DNA of 28,588 bases from Candidatus Thorarchaeota archaeon (GTDB lineage Archaea; Asgardarchaeota; Thorarchaeia; Thorarchaeales; Thorarchaeaceae): contig JAEOTX010000211.1 of the NCBI GenBank assembly GCA_016839605.1, positions 1-28,588 on the forward strand, in the 5' to 3' direction. Under the pieces are notes generated by a model, which saw nothing but the letters and a program-made list of their open reading frames with translations, did not search any database and had not been told where the DNA came from. The position numbers and the translations under genes were made by a program. Of this stretch, positions 8,320 to 17,086 are shown one piece after another (the first letter of the stretch is position 1; each line of letters begins with the position of its first letter).

Positions 8320-9481
8320 AGCATTCTAGAGCTCTAGATACCTTTCGTTTTGTGAGTAAGAACGCAACTGCTGCCAAGCCAAAGCACCAAACCGGCACTA
8401 GAATCAGAAAGAACACCATTCTTTCTCCTAGAACGCCAACGTGGAGATACAGAGGAGTGGGATGGAATCTTTCTCCGGTATAAGCATCTCTAAATGCTTC
8501 TTTCAAAACTAATCCATCTACGGTGGACGCTTCTATCTGAATGTGCCATGCGAGTGAGAATCTTAGACTGGAAGATCTCCATGGCGATTCCCAACCTCGA
8601 AGAGCCAGATGCAAGCCCCCCACTTCAATTGCGTTCAACTCCTCACCCATTTCTTCTCTTACGAGTTCCTCAACCAAACTTGGTGTGATGACATTGGATG
8701 TATCAATGAATGGAAGAAGGATTCTTCTGCGCGAGAAAGAGTGAATCCATCCGTGATGAGCATTGATCTGAAGAGTGAGTCCTTCTAGATACTCATCGGG
8801 GAGAACGCCATTGTTTGCATACGTGAAACGAATCAGATACTCAGGAATGTCCAAGGTCCCATTAGGGATGAATTCTATCCCTAGATACAACATGTCTTCT
8901 GAAGCAACGTAATCAATTGATCTCAGATAATCTAATGCCATGGCCTCTACTGATGCTTCACTAAGCAAGCCCTCAAAATCACCTAATGTTGCTTCCAAGT
9001 ATGTTGCATTTTCCCATGCTTCTTCATATGCAACTACAACACCGGAGATAGGATTAAGCCAGATGTTCACGCTTACTCCATTTCCCACAAAGTGATACCT
9101 CCATTCTTTATGTTCCGGGTCAATATAGGTGCCTGTGTTCAGGATCAAAAGTGATTTCAGCGGTTCCCTCAGAAACGTACTGCAGACCTCCTGCCCTTCG
9201 TCGACAGATAATGAGCTGTTAGCCAACTTTAGAACCGCAACAAATGGTGCACTTTCGTCTATTGACCATTCGCCATAATACGCGCCCCCATCGAAAGATT
9301 CTCCTATCAATTCACTGAATATTGTATCCTTCAATGAACTTCCTGGAACTGGTATTGATACTGATGCAGTTCTGGTGTTTGACCAAATTGCTTGAGGGAT
9401 GAATAATCCTGTCAGAAGGACAATTATCATTAGTGCAAGGGTCCTCATCTTAATCGAGGAGAACGAAATACTAGCGAACAT
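8318..9481 (-). CDS. Membrane-anchored extracellular protein with PepSY/YcdB-like repeats
   Basis: N- and C-terminal hydrophobic helices; three beta-hairpin motifs (LNPISG, INAHHG, RDAYTG) of the PepSY 'vDAxTG' type, each preceded by helix + strands. Confidence 0.6.
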   Translation of the reverse strand: MFASISFSSIKMRTLALMIIVLLTGLFIPQAIWSNTRTASVSIPVPGSSLKDTIFSELIGESFDGGAYYGEWSIDESAPFVAVLKLANSSLSVDEGQEVCSTFLREPLKSLLILNTGTYIDPEHKEWRYHFVGNGVSVNIWLNPISGVVVAYEEAWENATYLEATLGDFEGLLSEASVEAMALDYLRSIDYVASEDMLYLGIEFIPNGTLDIPEYLIRFTYANNGVLPDEYLEGLTLQINAHHGWIHSFSRRRILLPFIDTSNVITPSLVEELVREEMGEELNAIEVGGLHLALRGWESPWRSSSLRFSLAWHIQIEASTVDGLVLKEAFRDAYTGERFHPTPLYLHVGVLGERMVFFLILVPVWCFGLAAVAFLLTKRKVSRALEC

Positions 9482-9592
9482 GATCTGTCAGTGTCCAATT
9501 AAGCCAACTATACTATTAGTTCTATCAATAGAGCTAGCATTGGATTGTGACCATTTTCATTGTTCTAAAGATAGATCGGTGATCAGTCGTGT

Positions 9593-10048
9593 TTATACTG
9601 GCCCTGCTTTCCAAATATGATACGTTTCGAAGACAAAGATGATGATTGAAATGCATAGAACAAGATAGAGAAGGATTCGTTCAGCTGTAAGAACCAAACC
9701 AAAGATAATGAGGGAACTTACCATCAGACTACCAAAGAATACTAAATAGAGAGTGTACCGTGGAACTAGAAAAGCTCCAATATTCACGAAGAATCGAAGA
9801 ATGCCTATCTTGATGTATTTTGATACTACATATCCCTCGTCATCAATTTTGGTGACCAAGTCCAGCTCCTGTAGTTTGGCAAGATGATGTAATGAAAGAC
9901 TTGGACTTGATAGACCAGTTCTTCTCTGTATTTCTCGTGCACTAAGTGGCTTGTTCTGCTTAAGCATGAAGTAGTATACCTTCATGGTCTTACCCTTGAG
10001 TATGTCCTCAAGTTTCTTATCAGAACGTACATCACTTAACGTCATCAC
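9593..10048 (-). CDS. Membrane-tethered winged-helix transcription regulator (wHTH + 2 TM)
   Basis: LKGKTMKVYYFML...SAREIQRRTGLSSPSLSLHHLAKL HTH, then LVPRY and two hydrophobic helices. Confidence 0.82.
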   Translation of the reverse strand: MMTLSDVRSDKKLEDILKGKTMKVYYFMLKQNKPLSAREIQRRTGLSSPSLSLHHLAKLQELDLVTKIDDEGYVVSKYIKIGILRFFVNIGAFLVPRYTLYLVFFGSLMVSSLIIFGLVLTAERILLYLVLCISIIIFVFETYHIWKAGPV

Positions 10049-10170
10049 CCTCTACGATTCTCCAGCACGAAGCAACCAACTTTCTATTGGGTTTGCCTGT
10101 GCCATGAGCTGTTCGTACTATTCTCTTATAACTTCGAGAGATTTAATATTAATTCTTATTTTTATATCAG

Positions 10171-10184
10171 ATGATGATCATCAT
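10171..10184. promoter_or_regulatory. 14-bp perfect palindrome ATGATGATCATCAT in an AT-rich promoter region
   Basis: Perfect palindrome next to TTTTTATA; a second palindrome TTAATATTAA at 10143-10152. Lies upstream of the membrane wHTH gene. Confidence 0.3.
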
Positions 10185-10522
10185 GTTAAATGGATGACCA
10201 ACATTCTACAGTAATCACTAAAGCAGTGACGCGGTAGAACCTCGGGCGTGGTGGATGAGAGCCTGATTAAACATATTCTTGCCTGCATTTGGTTTCTTGG
10301 GCAGCTTAATATCTCAGAATCGAAGAGGATTTGCTTCCAAGGGTGTTCTGAGAGTGTACCGGGTGATGGTGCATGTCTGTCAGGCATTTAGGATGCCCTG
10401 CTTCTTGTATTACTCAGTAATTTGTGCCGGTGGAACGCAATCCGACCTGCGCGTGTTTGCTAAATGCAATCATCTCCGAAGATTTGAATAACGCCATTTT
10501 AATCGATGCTAAGGTGTTATAG

Positions 10523-10915
10523 ATGGGAGAATACGAGGGTACCCTGAAAGATATAGAGACCAGCATAGGGATAGTACCGGGCTTCATGAAGGCCCTGCCA
10601 AAAGATGTCCTGGTACAGGATTGGCCCCTCATGAAGAAGTACACGCCAGGTGAGTCGAAGATCCCAGCCAAGTATAGGGAACTGATAGGGCTGGCGGTAT
10701 CGGCCAACATCAAGTGCCCCTACTGCCAGCTCTTCCACAAGGGGGCGGCAGGACTGTATGACGCCACCGAAGAAGAGTTCGCAGAGGTCGCCTTCCTGGC
10801 GAGCTACTCTGCAAGGTGGAGCGCCATGATACACGCCCAGCACTACGACTACGATAAGCTTGAAGAGGAAGTCCATAAGATAGACGCGCACCTCAGCAAA
10901 CAGGCAGGCACCTAG
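10523..10915 (+). CDS. Carboxymuconolactone decarboxylase / AhpD-like protein
   Basis: IPAKYRELIGLAVSANIKCPYCQLFH motif (ELIxLAVS...CxYCxxxH). Confidence 0.9.
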   Translation: MGEYEGTLKDIETSIGIVPGFMKALPKDVLVQDWPLMKKYTPGESKIPAKYRELIGLAVSANIKCPYCQLFHKGAAGLYDATEEEFAEVAFLASYSARWSAMIHAQHYDYDKLEEEVHKIDAHLSKQAGT

Positions 10916-10996
10916 AGAAGTTCACAGCCCTTCTTTCTTCTCCCAGTATTCATCCCTATGTTTCTAAATAATGTAAATTGATTTTACCGCTCCTAG

Positions 10997-11158
10997 GGAA
11001 TCGCAACTGAGATACCTGGAACAGTCTTTGCATATGTCTTATCTGTCGCTTATATCATGACTCCATTTTATTCTCCTGTTCCCATAATGCTTGCATTAGG
11101 GCTGTTTTTTGTCGTAAGAACACCCAAGAAGTCACCGACATGGATTGAAGAAACGTAA
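10997..11158 (+). pseudogene. 5'-truncated remnant of a membrane-protein gene
   Basis: Frame after a TAG reads GIATEIPGTVFAYVLSVAYIMTPFYSPVPIMLALGLFFVVRTPKKSPTWIEET*, with two TM-like segments and no start at the front. Confidence 0.4.
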
Positions 11159-11322
11159 CTACTATGACTCCTACTCACGAATATCAAATGTTCGTCGTTG
11201 CGGGAGATGTGCGTTGCGCGAGGGCGTGACAGGCCCGCAAGCTGGCACATTTTCTTTTTCGGGTTTCCAGCATTCGGCATTAGTACAGCCATTCTTCTAA
11301 GAGAGGCTTCAAGTACAAGCTC

Positions 11323-12120
11323 TTGAATCAGGATTATCCTCATGCTTTGAGGTTGCGAAGAATGGAATCGAACCCCGAGCCTCCGCCGCTCCTTACAACC
11401 ATACTATTGAACTATTTGATATTCAGTGTTTTCTATACTCTGTGCATCGTTCATGCTGTTCTCTTCGGGGTCACTGCGGGATTCATTACCGAAATCTCAC
11501 TATCGTTGCGTTTCAGCTACTTTTCTCTGACATATTTGGTATTGACATACTTGGTATTTAGACTGTTCATCGTCCTTTTACCACTATTATTAGTTATAGC
11601 GCTGAACACTGCCCAATTCAATCGAATTCTATCGAAGCGACTAGAAGTGCCAAGACCCAGTGCTATTCGGATTCTTCTCGGTGTGTTTATGGCAGTCCCC
11701 TTTCTCTTCCTAACAGTCTATGTTTACTACTACCTCCCGGGATTCATCATTGGGTGGCCATTGATCGTGTTTGTCCAGAGCATTGTAGTAGCTGGTTCTT
11801 TGATGACATATGTTCTCATTGTTACCGCCATCATGACTGAGAATACTAAGGCGTATCTTATTCGCTCCATTCGAAATCCCGAACTGTGGGTAATGGCACT
11901 TGTTCTCGGCGCTTTGCTCTTTCTCCCCACTTTAGCTTTCATCAACCCAATTCAGAAGGGATACTTCCATTCCTTCCCTTCGAGGGACCTTTTCCTCTAT
12001 GCACTCCCGGATCTATTTGCGAGGGCATTCTTATTGGGAATTCTTATCCCGCTCATGCTCTTTTCTTTGCAATATATTGACCGGATTTCTGCTAATCAAC
12101 CCAGCAGCTCCACACAGTGA
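11323..12120 (+). CDS. Multi-pass membrane protein, unknown function
   Basis: About 6 hydrophobic helices. The true start may be ATG 11362. Confidence 0.7.
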   Translation: MNQDYPHALRLRRMESNPEPPPLLTTILLNYLIFSVFYTLCIVHAVLFGVTAGFITEISLSLRFSYFSLTYLVLTYLVFRLFIVLLPLLLVIALNTAQFNRILSKRLEVPRPSAIRILLGVFMAVPFLFLTVYVYYYLPGFIIGWPLIVFVQSIVVAGSLMTYVLIVTAIMTENTKAYLIRSIRNPELWVMALVLGALLFLPTLAFINPIQKGYFHSFPSRDLFLYALPDLFARAFLLGILIPLMLFSLQYIDRISANQPSSSTQ

Positions 12121-12687
12121 TATCTGAGAACTAATCGTCCTTTGAGTCCAACCATCGCTTTTGAATCCGGGTTGTTTATACATTTCTTAAGATTAAACAT
12201 TTCCAATAACACGGTGTCAACGATGAGAATCGATAACATTTCATTATTCGATAAGCAAGGACGCGAATTGAATTTCATCACCAGAGGGCACACATCATCA
12301 ATAACTGAGATCGAGATAAGGGGCAATGAGACTGAACCCTGGCGGTGTTTCTGCCAGAGATAACCAACGGGGGAAGCAGATCAGGTTAAGTTAAAACTGG
12401 TGATTGAACGGAGATGGAAAAGGACACTGAAGAAGAATCTTGTATCGACGATAGTTCCTAAAAGAAAATTTCCCACTGGAGAGATTATGAGGGTTCTCTG
12501 AGAAGATGAGAAGAGTGGAAGCGGAAGGGCGGCAAGACTAGATAATGCAAAGTCTCTTGTACTACCGCGCTTTCTAGATTGACCCCATCATTGAGTAGGT
12601 GCGTATAATTATTGTTTGGTAGCTCTTACAATATTACACAGTTACTTACTTGATTTCGGTCTCCAAACGAATTGGCTGTGTCATATT

Positions 12688-13965
12688 ATGCCGCTAACAG
12701 ACTTCCCCAAAGTGGTTGAGATAAAGGACCCTCTACATGGTTATGTAGCTCTCTCAAAAGTAGAGAAAGCGATAATAGACCTGCGGCTGACCCAGAGGTT
12801 GAGAACCATCCGTTCTCCCGCTGGCGTATACATGGTCTTCTCGGGTGCTGACACCTCTCTGATGGGGAAGCTTCTGGGATTCATGCACACCACTCACATC
12901 TTGATGGACTATCTTGGAGGCAACAAGGAAGAGATTCAGAAGGCACGTCTTGCTGCAATGTTCCTGACGCTCTCCACAGGTCCATGGGAGAATGTAATTA
13001 ACGAATACTTGACTGTACGCGGACTCAACCGCAAACAGCTTGCTGAGTTGATCATCAAAAAATCTCCAGCCGGTGACAGACTTGATGAATGTGGATATAC
13101 CCGTGATGAGATTGTGAGCACTATCAAACGTGGGGTGCCTATAAAGGGCGTCCGTTTTGATCTTGAAACTGCACCGATAAATCCCGAGCTGGTAGACCGG
13201 CTGGAGCGTGATTCTTACTTCTCAGGAGTAGAATATGCACAGCTCGAGTTTCGAAGGTTGTTCCAGTCCACGAGGGTTGCAAAGAACAAGATTGCCATAC
13301 ATCGTGGAGCAATATTCACTTTCGAGTCATATCTCTCCGCGGGAGCCAATATGTTTGATGCCGTATACTATCACAAGTCTGTGCGCGCCGCCGAACTCAT
13401 GCTACTGAGGATATTGGACGAGGCGGGTACCGAGCTTGCACCTACACCTCGGGATGATATCGATGCATACCTAAATCTAGATGATATTTCCTTCATGGAT
13501 CAACTACTAAATCCGCCTAATGATGCGTCGGAAGGGATGCAAAATGCAAGTAAGCTGTTCGAAGACTTTAATGCTCGTTACCTAATCAAGATGGCAAGTG
13601 AACGTGCCATATCCGACGTTGCGTTTCTCCAGTCAATCTCCACTCCTGATGGATTATACAATGTAGAGAAGGAGATTGCAGACAATGCTGGGATTGATCC
13701 AAGCAATGTCTTTGTCGATTACCCTGACAGATGCTCTGTGAGTTTCTATCCTGGAAAATTCGACATTGAAGATCTGGTGTTCTTTGAGCGAGGTTCAAAG
13801 GGCTACGAGTTCTGGCCTGTCGAAGATGTTAGTCTGCTTGCCAGGAGTTTCGAAAGAAGGATCAAACTGGTTAGAGTCTATACTACTCGCGGCTATCGTT
13901 CAAAGGTGAAGAAAGCTGCAGATGCTCTACTGGAGAGCATTGATGCTCCCGGTAGTCCTGACTAA
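12688..13965 (+). CDS. HD-superfamily dNTPase-like (COG1078/SAMHD1-like) protein with degenerate active site
   Basis: IKDPLHGY, IID..TQRLR, GA, LG, GP, RD and YYHKSVRAAE scaffold motifs are present; the His/Asp metal ligands are replaced. Start set at ATG 12688. Confidence 0.85.
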   Translation: MPLTDFPKVVEIKDPLHGYVALSKVEKAIIDLRLTQRLRTIRSPAGVYMVFSGADTSLMGKLLGFMHTTHILMDYLGGNKEEIQKARLAAMFLTLSTGPWENVINEYLTVRGLNRKQLAELIIKKSPAGDRLDECGYTRDEIVSTIKRGVPIKGVRFDLETAPINPELVDRLERDSYFSGVEYAQLEFRRLFQSTRVAKNKIAIHRGAIFTFESYLSAGANMFDAVYYHKSVRAAELMLLRILDEAGTELAPTPRDDIDAYLNLDDISFMDQLLNPPNDASEGMQNASKLFEDFNARYLIKMASERAISDVAFLQSISTPDGLYNVEKEIADNAGIDPSNVFVDYPDRCSVSFYPGKFDIEDLVFFERGSKGYEFWPVEDVSLLARSFERRIKLVRVYTTRGYRSKVKKAADALLESIDAPGSPD

Positions 13966-14025
13966 ACAAACGAAAGCCCGTAAAGAATAATACGAGAGCT
14001 GAGTGTTGGACACAGGGTCATTATA

Positions 14026-14481
14026 TTGAATGGAATCGTTTCTGAAACTGGATTTGATAATGTGGTAAGAGATCCGAATTTTCTGATGATTGTGCTTGGA
14101 GCAATTGTCTGGATCCTAGGATCATATGTCCCTTTTATCGGGCCTTTTCTAGTTGTAGGGGGATTTGTTCTTACTATCTTCGCTACTGCCTCAACTGCTG
14201 CTGTGCGTCCCACTACTGGAGCCTGGCCAGGATTGCTGATAGGTTCCCTACTCTATCTAATTGGTCTCTACTTGCCATGGATTCTCCTAGGCTTCTTGTC
14301 ACCCTTATTCCTAATACCTGGTGCAGTGCTAATACTGTTCTTCGCGATACCACTTGCATTGCAGTATGGCAATGCCCCTCTCATGACGACTATGCAAGAA
14401 CAATGGGAATCTAGGTCACAGAAGAAATCAAGTGAATCACAAGAGACGGAGGAAAGCACTTCGGATGCAGACAATCAATAG
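14026..14481 (+). CDS. Small 4-TM membrane protein with acidic C-terminal tail
   Basis: Two similar Gly/Pro-rich helical hairpins (LGAIVWILGSYVPFI / IGSLLYLIGLYLPWI) and a polar tail. Confidence 0.75.
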   Translation: MNGIVSETGFDNVVRDPNFLMIVLGAIVWILGSYVPFIGPFLVVGGFVLTIFATASTAAVRPTTGAWPGLLIGSLLYLIGLYLPWILLGFLSPLFLIPGAVLILFFAIPLALQYGNAPLMTTMQEQWESRSQKKSSESQETEESTSDADNQ

Positions 14482-14600
14482 CGTTCGTTTGTCATTTGAC
14501 CATCAATATCGAATTCATTAGCTTACGAAATACCTAATAGAGAGCAAGTAGGCTTGGAGGAACGGACATCCACCCTGCACGCCATAGGAGAGGGAGAAAC

Positions 14601-16439
14601 ATGTTCACTTGCAGGAAATGCCGGGAGCCTCATTATATTCAGGCAGCACAGATTAGGGGTAATAACCTTCGAGTCTTTCTTCAATGCATGAATGGGCACA
14701 AAGACAGACGAGACCTGTCGCGATTTCAAGCTGACAATGCAGCTTTCGATCTGTTCCGGGGATTGTTCACATGCGTTCAATGTGGCTCAATAATGGATAT
14801 CGCTAGTACAGATGCCCATCGGGATAAGGTCGAGTATATCTTTCTATGTCCCATACATGGTCCTCAGAGAAGGGTGGCTCCAACCCTATACCATCCGACG
14901 GTCAATCAGCTCCGGACAGAGGCCAATGCAGCAAAATCGATGCTTGACGCAATGAGCTGTCCACGCTGTGGCCAAGTTTTTGTGATACACGAGATTGCGG
15001 AGAAAGGAGAGTTCCTTGAGCTGAAATCAAAGTGCCCTAATGGTCACAAGGAGATGCGATACGCGACCCGTGGTGCTGACGAATCAATACTGAAGACCGT
15101 TCTCAAACGACTTGTCCATTGTGATACCTGTGGTCTACCTTGCACTATCCAGGACAAGAGTGTGAAACGCGACAAGATGCGTTTAGAACTACTATGTCCT
15201 GTTCACGGTTCAAGTAAGAAGGAATTACCTACGACTTATGCTGATCTACTTGATGATGTTTCACAGGCGGTCACGGAGGGGACACGTCTTCGGTCTACGC
15301 TGAAGTGTGCCGATTGCGGTAGCGCCCTCTCGATACGCAATATCGAAGCATCAAAGGATGAATATAAGATTAAAACAATCTGCACCGATGGACACTCGTT
15401 CGAGATGATTCAAAAGATCGACTGGAGTGATGATGCTACTGAAGAGATTTCACGGGCCATTCTGAAATGCAATGAGTGCGATTTACTGACTGAGGTTGCT
15501 TCAAAGAAGGTGGATGGCACGAAAGCTGAGTTAGAGCTCTCATGTCCTCTTCATGGTTCTATGAACAAGAAACTTACCGTTGATGCGCTCAAGAACTTGG
15601 AGCGAATGGAGGAGAGCATCGACAGACAGACTTCAATTGATGAGAGCTTGAAGTGTGTGAAATGCGGAACTCCAGTGGTCATAAAGGAAATTAAGACTGG
15701 TAAGGAAGCGGTCGAAGCCAAAGTGGAATGTCAAAAGGGCCATGGGGACAGTCGACATTATCTCAATTCATTATCACCAGCTGCTCTTGTAGCAATTTAC
15801 GACAAGTCGTATGAGTGTCACAAGTGCCATCAACCACTCAGTCTACTGGGAATTGAGCAGGAAGATTCGAAGAGCATTGTGAAGATGAAGTGTGAGAAAC
15901 ATGGGGAGCGAAAACATGAGATTCCCTTTGAACACAGCCTCCCCATGAGAGATGCATTTACCGCAAAAGCAACAATGCCTTATCTAGAGTCCGTTATGGA
16001 AGACCTTGGACATGAAGAAGTGTGCTCATTTCAATTTGAATCCGGATCCGACATTGAGGAGCTTCTCCAAACTGTGAGAAGTGTCATTGAGCAGCACGAC
16101 TTGCATTTCGTATCTGAGAGTAAATCGACCAATATGGTATCAGCTTGGTACTATGGAAAAGCACTCAAAGGCGATCAGTTTGTTGTTGTTGGAGCAGTTT
16201 CTGAGGAAAACAAAGATATCAAGATACGAATCTTCTCAGACAATGAGAAGAGTCTAAGTACTCTACTGGCACATATGCGTGAGAACCTAAGGGAAGTACT
16301 ACTTCGCATACGTGCAGACGCAGATGACATTCAACCACTCATTATCCAATGTGAGAAGTGTGGTGCTGGACTATCCAAGAGAGGTCTGCCTGGCGAAACA
16401 ACGCTCTGCGAGCACTGCGGCGTACCTTTGCATTGGTGA
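14601..16439 (+). CDS. Multi-zinc-finger repeat protein (8x CX2C-X21-CX2-3H) with alpha/beta C-terminal domain and terminal Zn ribbon
   Basis: GGAG-rich SD; eight equally spaced Cys3His modules; terminal CEKC...CEHC. Confidence 0.85.
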   Translation: MFTCRKCREPHYIQAAQIRGNNLRVFLQCMNGHKDRRDLSRFQADNAAFDLFRGLFTCVQCGSIMDIASTDAHRDKVEYIFLCPIHGPQRRVAPTLYHPTVNQLRTEANAAKSMLDAMSCPRCGQVFVIHEIAEKGEFLELKSKCPNGHKEMRYATRGADESILKTVLKRLVHCDTCGLPCTIQDKSVKRDKMRLELLCPVHGSSKKELPTTYADLLDDVSQAVTEGTRLRSTLKCADCGSALSIRNIEASKDEYKIKTICTDGHSFEMIQKIDWSDDATEEISRAILKCNECDLLTEVASKKVDGTKAELELSCPLHGSMNKKLTVDALKNLERMEESIDRQTSIDESLKCVKCGTPVVIKEIKTGKEAVEAKVECQKGHGDSRHYLNSLSPAALVAIYDKSYECHKCHQPLSLLGIEQEDSKSIVKMKCEKHGERKHEIPFEHSLPMRDAFTAKATMPYLESVMEDLGHEEVCSFQFESGSDIEELLQTVRSVIEQHDLHFVSESKSTNMVSAWYYGKALKGDQFVVVGAVSEENKDIKIRIFSDNEKSLSTLLAHMRENLREVLLRIRADADDIQPLIIQCEKCGAGLSKRGLPGETTLCEHCGVPLHW

Positions 16440-16445
16440 ACAGAA

Positions 16446-17009
16446 CTAATCTCCTGTCCATTCAATGGAGGGATTCTCTAAGGCTCCGAGATGAACCATA
16501 ATTCTCTCTACTAAAGAGCTCACTAGATCATCGACAGTTTCCGGACGATGCCAGAATGCTGGACTCGCAGGCATCACCACTGCTCCGGCCTCTGTTGCTG
16601 TTGCCATATTGCGAATATGAATTAGGTTCAGAGGGGTTTCTCTAGGAACAATGACAAGCTTTCTACGTTCTTTCAGAGCACAATCTGCTGCCCTAGCCAC
16701 CAGATTGTCCGCATATCCGTGGGCAATACCAGCCAAGGTCTTCATCGAGCACGGGACAATTGCAACTGCATCCAGCGGGTAACTTCCACTAGCGGGTCCT
16801 GCTGCCAAATTGTCCTCTCGATATGTCTTGTGTGCTTCATTTCCAAGAGTCGTTGCGCTTAGCCCTGTTTCGTGCTTGAGTGTTGCTTCTCCCCACTTTG
16901 TGACTACAAGGTGCACTTCATGCCCTAGTGCCTTCAATTGACGGATCAAATGCACTCCATATAATGTACCACTAGCTCCTGTGATACAAACGAGAATCTT
17001 CTTACTCAT
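16446..17009 (-). CDS. ubiX: Flavin prenyltransferase UbiX
   Basis: ITGASG, ASGS, PCSMKTLAGIAHG, RAADCALKERR, PRETP, PASPAFW. Confidence 0.96.
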   Translation of the reverse strand: MSKKILVCITGASGTLYGVHLIRQLKALGHEVHLVVTKWGEATLKHETGLSATTLGNEAHKTYREDNLAAGPASGSYPLDAVAIVPCSMKTLAGIAHGYADNLVARAADCALKERRKLVIVPRETPLNLIHIRNMATATEAGAVVMPASPAFWHRPETVDDLVSSLVERIMVHLGALENPSIEWTGD

Positions 17010-17086
17010 TTGGCTGTCGACTCCATTGAAGTGTTTTCCTTCAAACGTGATTCCTCATTTGCCTTTCTGTTTTGACACTGACTGCT

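Noticed and set aside
10414-10891. Minus-strand ORFs of 99 and 124 aa over the CMD gene, and similar shadow ORFs elsewhere
   Set aside because: Antisense to well-supported genes, no motifs, and expected from codon bias.
12320-12400. GGCAATGAG start resembling a fluoride riboswitch
   Set aside because: P1/pseudoknot pairing and the downstream conserved segment are missing, and no fluoride-related gene follows.
12469-12480. TCCAGTGGGAAA on the minus strand, similar to an archaeal ORB origin box
   Set aside because: Single copy, no G-string, and no orc1/cdc6 gene in the window.
12515-12540. GGAAGGG stretch resembling SRP RNA helix 8
   Set aside because: No CCC-GGAA-GGG stem or flanking conserved loop.
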